Positions 50,761-64,000 of a DNA stretch of 64,000 nt are shown here, in pieces. Made by a program: the position numbers and the translations under genes. The stretch comes from Octopus bimaculoides (lineage: Eukaryota), in NCBI RefSeq assembly GCF_001194135.2, contig NC_068983.1:110269225-110333224 (forward strand), given 5' to 3'. How positions within the stretch are numbered: the stretch's first letter is position 1; every line of letters begins with the position of its first letter. Under the pieces are notes generated by a model. The model saw nothing but the letters and a program-made list of their open reading frames with translations, did not search any database and was not told the DNA's origin.

Positions 50761-51189
50761 TTTTCAGTTTTGAAAATGAAACCCTAGCATAGACTGTATA
50801 TACATACATTCGGACGTATCAGGGAACAGCTCGCCTTTGGCCGCTCTGGCCCAAAGGGACGGACGTAGAATGGTTTGGTGAAGAGTAAATAATCCAAAAC
50901 AGGACAAACACTACTATTAGTTATAGATGTTAAGGGACATAATACACGATACCAAATATTAGTGGTTAGTGTAGGATCATATCTTTTCTAAGTGATTCTA
51001 GAATTTCTGCAATTATTGGTTTGTGAGATTTTATGAGATTTCGATGGGTCTGTAATTAAAGAAATATGATGGAAACCATTCTGATTTACTTTAGATTTAA
51101 TTGCAAAAATTAATACCGTTTCAAAGTGTTTACATTTGGCTGGTTGCTGCTATTATTGCAGCTACAATAATTTTTATTATTCGATATTT

Positions 51190-51400
51190 TCCTAATATTG
51201 AAAGATAGCAAGTCTAAAGTTAGCTATTGTTGTATAGTTCATTGTTAGTGTCTTGAGCCTGAAATTCCGTCTATATTTAAGTGCAATGGGAAAATGGAAA
51301 TGTACAAGTTTTAGAAGTATTTTCTCAATGGTAGTGTTAACAATAATTGCAAGACGTGGATTAAACCATGCAATTTCCTCGTTATATCCTATGGGGGTTT
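51190..51400 (-). mobile_element. Penelope-like element RT/thumb fragment
   Basis: EIAWFNPRLAIIVNTTIEKILLKLVHFHFP..YRRNF..TLTMNY matches the PLE pattern IIWFNPP...V.TNIGK.FL.LI.KHFP. Confidence 0.72.
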
Positions 51401-51891
51401 TCAATATATTTTTTACCACGTCAATGTAACAATGCATTAACGAGCAGCAGTTTTAAAGGAAAATATAGCTGAAATCCTGGTGGAATCTGGCGATATTTTT
51501 AACATTGTAGCAACTCTATATCTCATCAAGAGTTTCACTCATAAATAACTAAACTGACAAGTATTTTGAGAATTAGAGTAGATTGTATTACAAGACACTC
51601 TAGGTAAATTAAGCAAATATTAAATCGTTTTGAATCATATAAATTTCATTGTGTGGTTGATTATGCATCAGATATTTTTAAAATTTAAGTAGCCGAAATA
51701 ATGTACGTAGTATATTGTCATGCATCATATCTAGAAACGGGAGATAGTATGTGTTTTATATATAATTTAGGACAAACAGTAAGTTGTTATTATAGTACTC
51801 GGAGTTTCAAATGTCTATATGGTCTATCCGTAGCACTTACCCAGCATTACTTGAAACCTCTGGTTCAACTTGACACCACTATCGCTCATAA

Positions 51892-51894
<3 letters not shown>

Positions 51895-51979
<85 letters not shown>

Positions 51980-51980
51980 T
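51895..51980. repeat. (AT)n microsatellite
   Basis: Read directly from the sequence. Confidence 0.97.
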
Positions 51981-52541
51981 AAAGTTAGATGTTACTACTA
52001 TTCATATTATCTGTGGATAAATTCTAAATTTGATGGTATCACCAGTAGTGACATGGGTGGATCGCAGTTATAAAGTTATAATAGCTTTAAATAGCTATGA
52101 ATTATAAATTTGCAAGAAGCGTAATGATGCTTAACAAGCATCTACCTGCTAGAAATAAGAGCTAAGTCTTAAATTAATCCACCGTAGAGAAAAAGCAGTA
52201 TGCGACACGTTTCTATACCGTCTCCATTTGCAAATTTGCAACGCAAAAATACTAAACGAAAAATTACGTTATATATGCAGTTTTAGGCATTCGAAAGGCA
52301 CATCCTCACACTTGCATCAAAGTCATGCTATTACATTGTGCATCTATTAGACCTTATTTTAATGAAATCATCGAGATGAAATACAAAGGAAACAAATTAA
52401 AAGTGTGCATGTACTTTCTTCCCCACCTGCTTCCTTATATTATATATCCAACATATAAGGATATAAAAATTGCTCGTAGCTTGCGAAGGACGTTTAAATT
52501 TTCTTTTTTTTTTGTACGAAACCAAAGAAAAATAATTTAAC

Positions 52542-53850
52542 ATGGAGAATTTATTGATCTCCGTGGTGCAGTTGCAACATCAGCAACAACAGCAGCAGCA
52601 GCAACAACTGCAACAGCACCAAGAACAAAACCAACAGTTGCTGGAATTAATGTTGAAGAAGTCTGAAAATACCTCAGGTTTGTACTCGCCAGACGCGTAG
52701 CACATTCAAATGAACAATTCAGCTATAAACCAGAAGGGATTACCTTCTCTGCATATTTTCGAAGATACAAAGAAATCTTCAAAGAAGAATGTAAAAGTTG
52801 CTCTGACGAGAGAAAAGTACGACTGCTTTTAAAAAAGTTATCTGCCGAACACGAAAAATATAATAATTATAATCTGAGGAAGAAGCCAGGTGAGATTTGT
52901 TTCGATGAAACACATAATATCTTCAGTGAAAGAAGTGCCTGTTCAATACTCACTGGCAATGTTTAAATTTGGTAAAAGATGCAGATATACGTTCCAGGAT
53001 ATTAACAAAATTTGAACGGGTTCAAAATTTAATTCAGAAGAATGTCAGACGATTATAAATCTACGACATGACGCAAATAAAATTGAAAAGAAAGACTATT
53101 CAAGCATATCAACCGGTATCAGGTAAGAAAAAAATGTCAAGATCAAATCCATGTTGTGTGCAGTGGCCTACATTTTGAAAATAACTCCGTTTAAAAATAT
53201 AAAATGCTTCAATTGTGGTAAAATAGGTCATAAAAAGTCGCATTGTGGGACAGAACCTAAAAAACGGTTCAACAGAAAAATGGCGTAAACGGATTATCGG
53301 TGACTAAAAATACGAACGAGCCTCAGGAAATTTGCGTATGTAAAAATTAACAGCTCAAACGTAAAGTTACAATTGCATACGGGCAGCGATATCTCAATAA
53401 TTAACACAGATGCATGGGAAAAAATCGGGTGGCCTAAATTAAGTGAAACTTCGAAAATTGCCGTGGTGTTTCAGGAAAAAAAAATTATATTTTAGGTGGG
53501 AATTGATAAGTAACATTACATTTCGTGAAAAAACCTTAAAAGCTAAAGTTTTTGTGTTACATAATACTACAAATTTATTCGGAACTGACTGGATGGAGTT
53601 ACTTAACTTATAGGAGCTCTTCCCATGAATATTTTCTGTAAAAACGTGAATGGTTTCTCCTCCAGGACAAACAAGTCATCAGTCGAATTGAATGAAAAAT
53701 TTTAGAATATGTTTCCTGAAGTTCTGTCTGATAAATCAAGTTTGTGTAGTAAAACAAAGGCGCAGTTTCAAATACAGGAACACTCCATACTGACATTTAA
53801 ATAAAAACAATCTGTACCATTCACACCGTTAAAACTTAGAATCAGAGGGA
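52542..53850 (+). mobile_element. Ty3/Gypsy LTR-retrotransposon remnant: gag, CCHC knuckle, aspartic protease; truncated before RT
   Basis: MENLLISVVQLQHQQQQQQQQQLQQHQEQNQQLLELMLKK; YKPEGITFSAYFRRYKEIF..KVRLLLKKL..EHEKY; CFNCGKIGHKKSHC (53205-53246); LQLHTGSDISII (DTG mutated to HTG at 53376); NLFGTDWMEL; MFPEVLSDKSSLCSKTKAQF. Frameshifts and stops are present. Confidence 0.9.
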
Positions 53851-53939
53851 TTGTATGTGAATGTATGTGTGTGTGTGTGTGTTTGTTTGTGCGTGTGTGC
53901 GTGTGTGTGTGTTTGCGTGTGTGTGTGCGTGTTTGCGCG

Positions 53940-54431
53940 CAATGTAAGTGGGATTTTTTGTGAAGTCTTTCTTTGTAGTGTTTCAGTTATTTGTTTTTCA
54001 GTTTCAGACGGGTGTTTTTTTCTTTTGGTTTTGAATTTTGTGTAATATTTCGCACTGGGGTTGAGGTATTTAATGTTTTAAAGTTATAATTATTTTGTTG
54101 TTATTTGACCTTTGAAAATTTAGAAGATCTTCACCTATTTTTTTATTTCTTTTAACTTTTCTTTTATTTTTTATGTTTGTTTCTGTTGTTTTGCATCACT
54201 ATGTTTTGCATCCTTGTTCGCTTACTATTTAGGTTTATTTTTTGATTTGGTTGAATCTTGGTTGTTTTTTTCATTGTTGGTCAGTTATTTTTAGCGTTTT
54301 GACAGAAAAGAAAGTCATTCTAAAATTGTTTTTTAACGTAAGCGTGCCCAAACAAGTCGAAAGCTTACACAGAGCAGGTTTTACAGCCACGTCATCCAAA
54401 CCGACCGGGTGAAACCGGGCTTAGCTGTTAG
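53940..54431 (+). mobile_element. Probable non-autonomous Helitron 3' portion
   Basis: A T-rich body ends in the short hairpin CCGG-GTGAAA-CCGG (54405-54418), about 9 nt upstream of TTAG (54428-54431, CTAG-like) followed by T. This is the canonical Helitron 3' geometry. The 5' end was not identified. Confidence 0.45.
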
Positions 54432-55416
54432 TATATATATATATATATANNNNNNNNNNNNNNNNNNNNNNNNNNNNNNNNNNNNNNNNNNNNNNNNNNN
54501 NNNNNNNNNNNNNNNNNNNNNNNNNNNNNNNNNNNNNNNNNNNNNNNNNNNNNNNNNNNNNNNNNNNNNNNNNNNNNNNNNNNNNNNNNNNNNNNNNNNN
54601 NNNNNNNNNNNNNNNNNNNNNNNNNNNNNNNNNNNNNNNNNNNNNNNNNNNNNNNNNNNNNNNNNNNNNNNNNTGTACACGCACACACACACACAGGCAT
54701 GTGCTGTTCGTTGAAGGAAAATATCAGACATACAGTAAAAAGACGATAAGACATGGAAAATCAGAAATCATCTCTTTGTATCAAGCTTTTAGTCTAGTTT
54801 GAATTCAATTCGAGTAGTCGACCTTTTTTAGGAAGATTAATTTAAATCTTATTAGAAATACCTTTTGCAGATTTATGAGAATATAAGCGATTTGAAGATA
54901 CCAGAAATAGTTTTATGCTGTTAAATGAGACAATAAATTTTCGAATATTGAGACATATAAAGTCGATTATTATCCAAACAACAGGAGAATTTGAAACAAC
55001 GTAATCAGCACTTAATAAAATTAATAGTCTAAAAACTAGCAACTGAATTAGTCATATGTCAGAGTTGAACAACCACTATGTAACAGACCACATATAACTT
55101 TTAAAGGCCGCGACCAAAATGTTTCCTACACATGCCTGAAGATATTTAATCTTATTAAAACCAAATCGGTTGATTGAGTAATGTACCTAGCACATATAAC
55201 CACAAGCCTCATAAAAATAACTAAATTATTGATGAAGTAAATCACTGGTAAATGATACTGAATATTCAACAAAAATGGAAGTGTTTGGTGCTGGACACTG
55301 TATAGGAGATTGTCATGTCTATTCTCCAGGTTCTAAGAAGTTCAAGAGGCAAATCAAACAATCAGCAGTTTAGTTGGTAAGCTGACCCCATTCACTGTAA
55401 AAACAAGCGGGTCTGG

Positions 55417-55457
<41 letters not shown>

Positions 55458-55707
55458 ATTCTCACAAACATGCGCGCCCTTGTGCACCTCTGTTCGATGC
55501 AGTCACCGTTATTATTATTATTATAATTATCTCCCTTCCATTCAGCCTCTTTTTCCGATCATCTCGTCATGCTGGGCCGTTTTTCTCCGTTTTTCCCCTC
55601 TTGATCACTTCTGTCAAAGAACGTAGGCTCGAGCGTTAAATTAATACATATGCTTCCTTGTTGATCCCACACCTGTCTTCGTCTTTTGTTTTCTTTAAAT
55701 TTGAACT

Positions 55708-55830
55708 ATATGTATGTATGTATGCATGTATGTATGTATGTATGGATGTACGTACGTATGTACGTACGTACGTACGTATGTATGTATGTATGTATGTATG
55801 TATGCATGTATGTATATATGTATGTATGCA
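55708..55830. repeat. (GTAT)n microsatellite with GTAC variants
   Basis: Read directly from the sequence. Confidence 0.93.
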
Positions 55831-57329
55831 TATGCCTGTATATATGTATTAAAAATAAATATATTTCGTTACAAATCGCTTTAAAATTATGCAGATATGT
55901 TTCTGTAAGTGAGAATCATTTTGATTTTTCAGAACTGTTGCATACAAATTCATTGTACTGGCTGAAGTTCGCACAAAAAAATTAATGACATACCGAAAAA
56001 TTCTTCCTATACATTTTCTAAAGTTCTCATAGAAAATATTTTCTTATGAAAATTCGCTACTAATTTGATTTGCATAATTACTCTAAATAAATTGTATTTC
56101 TTATCAGTAATTCCTTCCAGTGTACATATCAACGATTGATGATTCTACAATCTTCTAAGTACATAGAAACCCTTAATATGAAATTTTAGAAGAAATCACA
56201 TAGGCTACGGAGATGTGTGTTTGCGTCGTATGTGTGTGTATGTATGTATGCATGTATGTTGGCCTCTGTGTATATGTTGGAGTTTTATGAAACATGCAAA
56301 ATTTCAAAACAAATGAAAGATTATTTCTGTTGCATTGCAATTCTAAACATGTACGTATTTCAAGGTATATTTGCTTAAATTACTATTATTGTTGCCACTT
56401 GCATGGAACACTGTTCCTATAAAATAATTATACATTCAGAAATATTTTGAAAATTATACGTTAAGCGTTTTTAGTCTCTCTGTTTTCGTTGCTCAAGCTT
56501 TGTTTTATGAACAGAATAATAGATACTTATATAAGATTGGGTCTAAACAACAAATTTCGTGTTTATTTTCAATGCAATTGCCTTAAAATATTTCGTCGAC
56601 GAAGTTTCCTCCTTCGGAGACTGAGATAATGATATGTTCTTTTAAAAATAAAAGTGAAAAATGTTTTACCCCTAGAGCCATTGATGATCTCAACAGCACG
56701 GAACAAACTAAACGCAATATAAATAAGAATTGTTTACAATCTGAAGCTATCTTCCTTACTGTTACTTCATAGTTAGAACAAAAATCCGTGGCTCGGGAAT
56801 GAGATTGATACGTATTCTATTATTGACAGGTTTTATTAGAAAGTCTTTTTGTTTGTATATCCTTAAATGTATATTTGATTGCATTGTTAGTTTTAACGTT
56901 AATATGATCTGAGAAGATAATAAAGAATCCATTCATAAAGATTATTTGAGGTGGGATGTGCTAAATGATAGGAAGTTGTGGCGTTGGTTAGTAGTATATT
57001 TATAGAACTAGAAACAAGATATAACGTAGATCAAAATGGAACAAAGAAGTTTAAATGTAGGTCAAAGTAAAGGAATATAAAATTTAAATAGTTTCATAGA
57101 CGCGACCAGGATATCTAGAATTTGTGATATGCATAGGAGTTCATGTCGCTTTAAGGCAATAAATATAGATCGAATAAATAAAGTGACCAATTTGTAAATA
57201 CCATAATGTTACTATTGAGCTTTTACAGACACAAAGTTAGGTGTTGAAAAGGAGAAAGCTGAAGTGATTTTAATCACACAAAGTTTATGTTTTATATGAT
57301 GTTTATACTTAAAGATGTGTGGCCAGCGT

Positions 57330-58660
57330 ATATTTTATACTTTCTGTAAACTTTAATGTAAAATACCATATATTATTCATCCAACCTCTTATTTGCAGTA
57401 CAGTATTTCATACATCAAGGATGTGTGAAAAACTTAAATGAAAAAATGAAGATACAAATGATAGAAACAGATGTTAAAAGCATGCAGCAGCTTATGTTGT
57501 TACATGTTTTTAACATTCAGTAAGCCTTGCTACCAGCTTCCACTAGTTAGAGTCTTTGCACATCCTTAGATATCCATGAGGCACATCTGAAAATATACAT
57601 CAATTTTTTTCATTTGCTCCTTATTCATTCAAGTATTTGAATGCTTGATTGAACAATATATCTGTAATAATGATTTACGCTTTGAATTCCAGTAAATATA
57701 TTATCCCTGATTTTGTCATTAGAGTTTTTTTGGCAAGATAAGGAATTTCTCGAAAGGCTTTTCTTCTAAAACCTAAAACTTTTACAAATTGATTTTTCTG
57801 TGAAGTAGGAGTAAACACATTTTCCTTGCATCCACCCGATGCAGTATTTAACGTTCCTGACATAATTTCTGCTGCAAGGTGCCGCTAAGCGTAAAGAGCG
57901 TAAACATATCTTCTATTTAAAACAAAACAAATATCAATACATAATAGGTTCATCTTGCAAGCGAAGCGTACATGCGATCATCTTGAAATCTCTAAGTAAA
58001 CATCTCAGAAGTATCCTGTATTGTTCAATTTTGTAAATAGCTGTTTGGTAGTCATCCTTCACTTCCACTCGATGCGTATGAGGTAGATGTGGATAGTAGA
58101 TAACACTTTATTAAAATTGCTTCTTTAAGATTTCAAATGAAGTGTGGTCAATCGCCATTCCTCGAGGTCATTCTTCGATCCTACAGCAATAATTAAATCA
58201 TTTACATCTTTCATATAACTCAGATCTCTACTAGTACCAAAGTATAAAGCAAATTACGCATACTTTTCTGTAGATAATAGTCTTGTAAAAGTTTTATATC
58301 AAATTACGTCCTGTTATCTTTGATACAGAAGAACTTGATTTTTTCTCCTTCCTATAATTTTAAACATTAAAAATAGTATAACAACAGTCACCAGGATGAT
58401 TCCTCTGCACTCCCGATACAGTAGGAATATTTATGAGCATAAATTTTCACGCACACAATAACTCTCTTTTCAGAGAAGATCGATAACTTCCATATATTGC
58501 TTTTGGAACCCAAGGCCCATCACACCTAAAAAGAAGCTTTCTAAAGTGTAGTTTTTATGCTATCCAGAATTTTGATTCCTTTTACAATTTTATATGATGA
58601 TGTCCTCTTGTTTCACACATGATATTTGGAAACATAACAGAATGCATCTGGCACTTGGTT
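57330..58660 (-). mobile_element. Degenerate DNA-transposon transposase, Chapaev3-like (CMC group)
   Basis: Ordered minus-strand motifs: PDAFCY (about 58651-58634), DGPWVPK, RNHPGDCC, LEEWRL (EWRL at 58160-58149), DFKMIACTL.LQ, NQFVKVL..AF, KIRDNIFTG. These match the recalled pattern PD.FCYICG / DQDK.WAP / NH..DCYFC / EWRLFIDSS / DLK...LLG.Q / KQFVKAL / K.GIF.G. The superfamily name is from memory. Confidence 0.62.
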
Positions 58661-61600
58661 TTTCTCTTTTTCATATTCTAAAAAGTGAAAATTAATAAAT
58701 CTAAAAGAGAATTTGAAACAAATAGGTTTTAGATACATAGGCGAGAGAATTATTATCTAATACACTGTCAGCAAATCACAAAAAGAAGCAATTTGAAAGA
58801 TGATGATGGAGAAAAAATAAGTAATCTTAGAATCAGTACTTTAGATTTAATTAGAGTGAAATGTTCCTGATTTATAAGAATCTTTCAAAATCTATTATGA
58901 TTATTTGATTTTTATGTTCACCTACCAATTGTAAGGTCATTTAATGCTAATGGAAATTAAAATAACTGACATACATTTCTTCAACGTTGATGATAAGTTT
59001 TAGTTTGTTATATTAGATATTAAAACTGGAATATTATGTATTAAGTTCGTATTTTTGTATGCGCAAGTAGTTATGCACACAGTGAGTGCATTGTTATAGA
59101 ATATCTCAAGATGAACTACTAAACCTTATTCTTCACAACATCCAACTAAGAAATGAACACTTGGAAGTCAGCATAGAAATCAACTTCCTGAAATTCACTA
59201 GCAAGGAAAGATTTCCCGAATTGTAGATTCTGTGGGAGAACGCACGTTTTTACAGTTTTAATCAAACAGAAAAAAAAGAGTGAAGTTACTTAAAATATGC
59301 GCGACTATCCATCATAAAAATATTACTTCTTCATGGAAAATATTTCAATAAAGCTGCATATTTTGATGGCTTACAACTAAAATAGAAAAAGAAATCGACA
59401 ACATAATAAATATTTTTATATTGTTAAATATGTCAAATGCAAACTCATTATTGATACAGAAACAGAGTAAAAGCTCGAAGTTATTTTTTTATGTATTTAC
59501 ATGTATTGGAACAATGTTGAAGAAATTTTTATTATATAAAATGCGCTACTTTAAACTAATAAAACGCCGATGGCTTTAATCCAATAAAAGTTTCAATAAT
59601 GAAACAACTTCCATAGATGCTGAATAATTAAATGCATCTATCAAAACGGAATTAATATATTTTTTTTAATTTGCTGAAAAATATTTTAGTTTACTGAGAA
59701 TGTTATTAGAAGAGGAAAAACTTTTAAAGTTATATGTAATATATAAGCAAATTTTGTATAAATTCCAGCAAACTTAATGCAAATTCAGAATAAGAAAATA
59801 TTGCAGAAATATATAAATATAGAATAAATCTAAGTTTCGATATCTGAACACAAATTGTAAAAAAAGTATATCAAAATAAAAAAAGTAAACTATTTTGAAA
59901 TGACAAATGAATTACAGGTTACTCTTTAATGTAAGCTTTGGTGGGAACGGTTGAAACCGAATTTTGTAAATTTCTGCCTGTACGGGGTATGATTTTAACC
60001 TCCTGTGATTTATTTGTACCACTGTTAGTAGCATACAGTGTTTTATAATTTCTTGGCAGACAATTATTTAATCGATAAAATAAATGTCAGTCATACACGA
60101 GGGTTGATACAATCAACTAATCTGAATCAGGGTCAATAAATCAATATTTCTGCATAATATCGTGAAATTTGATTTTATTTTCGATTGATCTCCGAAATCG
60201 AATTTCCATTCGCTTTTGGATAGCTATTTTGCTTCATTAATGTCAATAAGTAATGTATGAATGTCACAACTTCCCAGTTACTATATCATGTTTGAATTAC
60301 TGTCTAATTTTAGATAATTACTCAACATGTAATAAGTCTAAATATCAGCTCTGGACGTTTCTCTTTTACAAACTAAAATAACATCTGATACAAGTCGTTA
60401 CATTGCTAACTATCTCATTTAAGAGATGAATATGAATTGTTTTATTTCCTTGTTGTTTCTATCATCTTTCTGTCGATAGGTTTATTAGTGTGTGTGTCTG
60501 TATCTCGCAATCTGTGTCATATTTTTTTTAGTTTTATATTTATACTTCACTGCAATACCTGAATATCACTAAATACAAAACCTCTTTTGTTTTAATTCCC
60601 TGTCGTGCTATTTTCTGCAAATGGCAAAAAAGCGTCTGCAATGCTTTATTAAACATATTTTATAGTTCCCTTGTGTAATCATTGTTTTTCCTTGTTTTTC
60701 TATATTGCATCCACTTAAGGAAATATTCGACTAAAGTTATATGCTTGATATTCCTCTTTCGTTTCTATTTCTTCGTTTTATGAAACAATCTATCGGTATG
60801 GAATATAGTATGAAGAACTCTTCGGTTTAAACATTTTCCATTTAATACCAATAACATTAGATCATTTAATTATTTTTTTCTTTCGAAGATATCATTTGTG
60901 GTAATGAAGAGCATTTTGTAACAGAAGGTATTGATCAATCCTTTATATTGCTTAGAAAGTAGATAGCGTAAAATTGTGCAATGGAGAATGTGCAAAAACA
61001 CAAGCTTCGCAAATTACAATTACCTGATCAGTATTTCAACTCCTCTTCTATACCTTTGTGTAATTTATTCTTCTTTTTCTCATGATAGATAAAATTTCTC
61101 TTGGTATCATTCCTAGCTCTTTATATTATCCCTTGCAAGAAGGAAAAGTCTGTGACCATAAACTTTGTAATCTCTCCGAAATTAGTTACAATTATATATT
61201 ATATGTTTAGATTAGGTAGTTACAAGTACAGGCCAGTGTTATCTCAATTTATGTGGCTGGTTTAAAAACATAAAGGACACACTACTTAATGTAAACCCAG
61301 AAAAAAACATGAGTAAAATCGGAGCAACCTTGGCCAGGATGTATCTGATCATATGTCAGATGAATCGGAGCTAAACTTGAGCTAAAATAATCCACATAGT
61401 TTGGAAGGAAATTTCAATAGTTGATCTCCTAAAGAGTATAACCTCATGGACTACAGGTTAGATTACCACAGGAGAAACGAATATTATTCCAGTGGTCAGC
61501 GGATGTGGTACGCAATTCTCCTTCTGAGGAGTGTTGACTAGTTTTGTGGTGATAGAAGATGCTGAGTGAAAAAAAGGGTTTGGAATACACTAGTGACAGA

Positions 61601-61734
61601 AACCTTTCAATCGATCAGATAAATATTTTTATTTGAATTGTGGAGCATGTAATCAAAGATTTTGTTAGGAATTGTCACGTATGAAACTATGAAACACCAG
61701 AGTTATATGTTAGTAAGTTAGCGAGAGTAATCCT

Positions 61735-62010
61735 GAAGGTGGTTTCCAATTTTAGCACAATACCAGCATTTCGATGGAGGGTAAGTTAAGTAAATCGACT
61801 CCAATGCTCAACTAGCACTTATTCCGTCAACCCTGAAAGGCTGAACTTCAAAGTCAACGTCGGCGGAATTCGAACTCAGAGGTAAACACTGACAAAATAC
61901 AGTTATGAATCTTGTCCGACGTACTACTTTCTGGTATATTGATTTCAAATTTTGTCACAAGGTCAGCAAATTCAGGAGAAGGGGCTAGTCGATTACATCG
62001 AACCCATCTG
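61735..62010 (-). mobile_element. Two degenerate tRNA-derived SINE copies (about 61735-61900 and 61925-62010)
   Basis: AATTTTAGCACAATACCAGCATTT..CCCTGAAAGG..AAAGTCAACGTCGGCGGAATTCGAACTCAGA, then TTTTGTCACAAGGTCAGCAAATT..GCTAGTCGATTACATCGA. Confidence 0.75.
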
Positions 62011-63003
62011 ATATCAAACAAACGATTCAGGTTCCAAAATATTGCAGGAGAGAAAAAAAACAATCATCACTCACAACTATGTGAACGGGGAATAAGTAGC
62101 ATCAGAGCTTTAATCCTAAAAGAAGAATTGGTTTTTTTCCATTTTTCAGTGCTAGAGATTTGCACAAAGGTATGCAAAAAATTGTCTCGATCCTTGGTGT
62201 AGAGGTTTTTACAGATATGTGAGTATAACACTGCAGAGGTTTTTACAGATGAGTATATCACTGAAACTCCACTGGAAAACGAGAGAGTTTTTCGATTGTT
62301 TATCATGTGAAGAAACATACGATGTTTCTATTTGAAAATACCCGGTATATTTATCTCTTCACTATCTTGTATAATACTACAAGAAAGCTGAGAACGTAAC
62401 TTATTTCGATGAAACGTCAAACCGATGAATGAAGAATACTTTTTGAAATATGGGAACTTATTTTAGGATATTCAAAATTTATTGTTTATCTCGGAAATAA
62501 ATTTCCAAGTTTGTTGTAGTTGGATATTCCTCAACAAATTCAGATTAAAGTGTCTGTAAGAATTCACTAATACATATATTTTGTATAAAATTGCAACTAA
62601 CTGCAATGGAATATCATAAGTTCTCGAGACTCATCTCACGCAAGATCTGGAATTATTGATGTAAAGAGACACATGTTCTATAAAGAACCAATCAGACATA
62701 TAGTTGTAAACTGATGAAAGACGTCCTGGTATCTAACTATACAAAGGCTTTAGAGACTACCGGATGATGTTAAATTTAGAAAGATCGCCTGCATTAGTTT
62801 AGAATATGTCACTCTACTCTCTCGTCTATGCGATTTGGAACGAATGTTGTATATATATATGTACAATGACGTAGATGTATATCAGTGTGTGTATATGTAT
62901 GCATGTATATACAATATGTAGTTACATGTGTATGTATAATGCAAAGAGGAAAAAACAGTGAAAGTAAGAAAGAAAAAAAAGAAAGAGAGAGGAAGAGAGA
63001 GAA

Positions 63004-63117
<114 letters not shown>

Positions 63118-63264
63118 GTAAATACTTTTAGAAAGAACGATAAAGATTGACACTATATATCTTATTGGAAGCATCAGTTCCATGAAGTGTAATGGAATTT
63201 CATGCAAGTGTTAAACCTCCATATGAATTGTTGCAACAGAACAATATGTAAAGAGTTGTTACAT

Positions 63265-63266
63265 GC

Positions 63267-63299
<33 letters not shown>

Positions 63300-63349
63300 T
63301 GTATGTATGTATGTATGTATGTATGTATGTATGTATGTATGTATGCATG

Positions 63350-63380
<31 letters not shown>

Positions 63381-63385
63381 ATATA
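63265..63385. repeat. (GTAT)n-(AT)n-(GT)n compound microsatellite
   Basis: Read directly from the sequence. Confidence 0.95.
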
Positions 63386-63394
63386 TATGATTTT

Positions 63395-63721
63395 TTAAAC
63401 TATTTCCTACATGTGCGTTCTGTTAAGCAATCAGCATCACAAACTTGACGCATCTCTTTGGGAGCCTCGGCAGCTTTCTTGCCTTTCGGAAATAAAAAAA
63501 AGCAAAATATGGCGAAAATGTTCGTTTTTGTATCCCATGTTAAAACTGACACTGAACTAACAGCTGTAAATAAAATTACGCGCAATTTGCATCTAAAATA
63601 AACTAAAAGCAAAGGCTATCAAATGTCAAAAGGAAAAAAATTATGAAATTGACAAAAGTCATTAAAAAAAAACCGTAACTTTGTTTGCGAAAAACGAAAT
63701 TACTTCCTTGCCAACCCAATA
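63395..63721 (-). mobile_element. Mariner transposon 5' end: TA + TIR + N-terminal HTH, truncated
   Basis: The minus strand starts TA-TTGGGTTGGCAAGGAAGTAATTTCGTTTTT (mariner-type TIR). Then MGYKNEHFRHILLF / FPKGKKAAEAPKEMRQVCDADCLTERTCRK*. Confidence 0.88.
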
Positions 63722-63764
63722 TATTTAGATAGATAGATAAATAGATAGATACTATCAATGTAAA

Positions 63765-64000
63765 GACAGAATCTCCACACAAGAAAGAATCAACAAGGAG
63801 AATCTTTTCATAGAGAAATTCCAACCATTTCTTAACACGCACACCCCTCAGTGACCATATTCCTCTATGAACAGACACAAACTTCCTGTTTGGAAAAAAA
63901 GAGTTCATAACTCCAACTAAAAACACTTGTCTCCCCTTACACACACTTCCTGTTTTGACACCACATTTCCTGCTTAACACAAACTTTTAACCCCTTTTTT
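63765..64000 (+). mobile_element. Penelope-like element 3' end of GIY-YIG domain and start of terminal repeat
   Basis: RINKENLFIEKFQPFLN* pattern (cf. R..KE..FI.KF.P.LN), followed by a C-rich region with ACTTCCTGTTT repeated twice. It runs off the window. Confidence 0.5.

Noticed and set aside
55606-55640. CTGTCAA-AGAAC-GTAG-GCTC-GAGC, a possible hammerhead relic in a Penelope-like repeat
   Set aside because: Both conserved core segments are broken (no CUGANGA, no GAAA).

Overview
AT-rich, repeat-dense animal genomic DNA from a draft scaffold. There are 10 N-gaps (5338-5831, 11149-11506, 13121-13294, 14883-14915, 18418-18467, 23789-24348, 38101-38110, 41910-42150, 47511-47615, 54450-54673), most flanked by (AT)n/(GT)n microsatellites. 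The SINE families and microsatellite load look like a coleoid cephalopod, probably Octopus; this is inferred from recalled repeat families, not a database result. I could not support any intact host protein-coding gene, rRNA, tRNA gene or CRISPR array, so the window looks intronic or intergenic. Nearly all ORF-track entries are microsatellite or gap artefacts, or fragments of dead transposons. Recognisable content: two clusters of R4/Dong-type (RT + restriction-like endonuclease) non-LTR retrotransposons piled into TAA microsatellites (about 0.1-4.3 kb on -, about 24.3-26.8 kb on +); many tRNA-derived SINEs, one full-length with a perfect 12-bp TSD; RTE, CR1-like and Penelope-like fragments, including a degenerate minimal hammerhead ribozyme; two mariner remnants; a Ty3/Gypsy gag-protease remnant; a Chapaev3-like and a possible piggyBac transposase remnant; and a probable Helitron 3' end. 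The most interesting unexplained structures are a GC-rich segment at 4.3-5.0 kb (covarying twin hairpins plus five iterated GAGG-N8-CCTC motifs), a diverged 340-bp tandem duplication at 38.7-39.3 kb and a ~590-bp palindrome at 47.4-48.0 kb. Boundaries of degraded elements are approximate, and all family calls come from motif recognition by eye.
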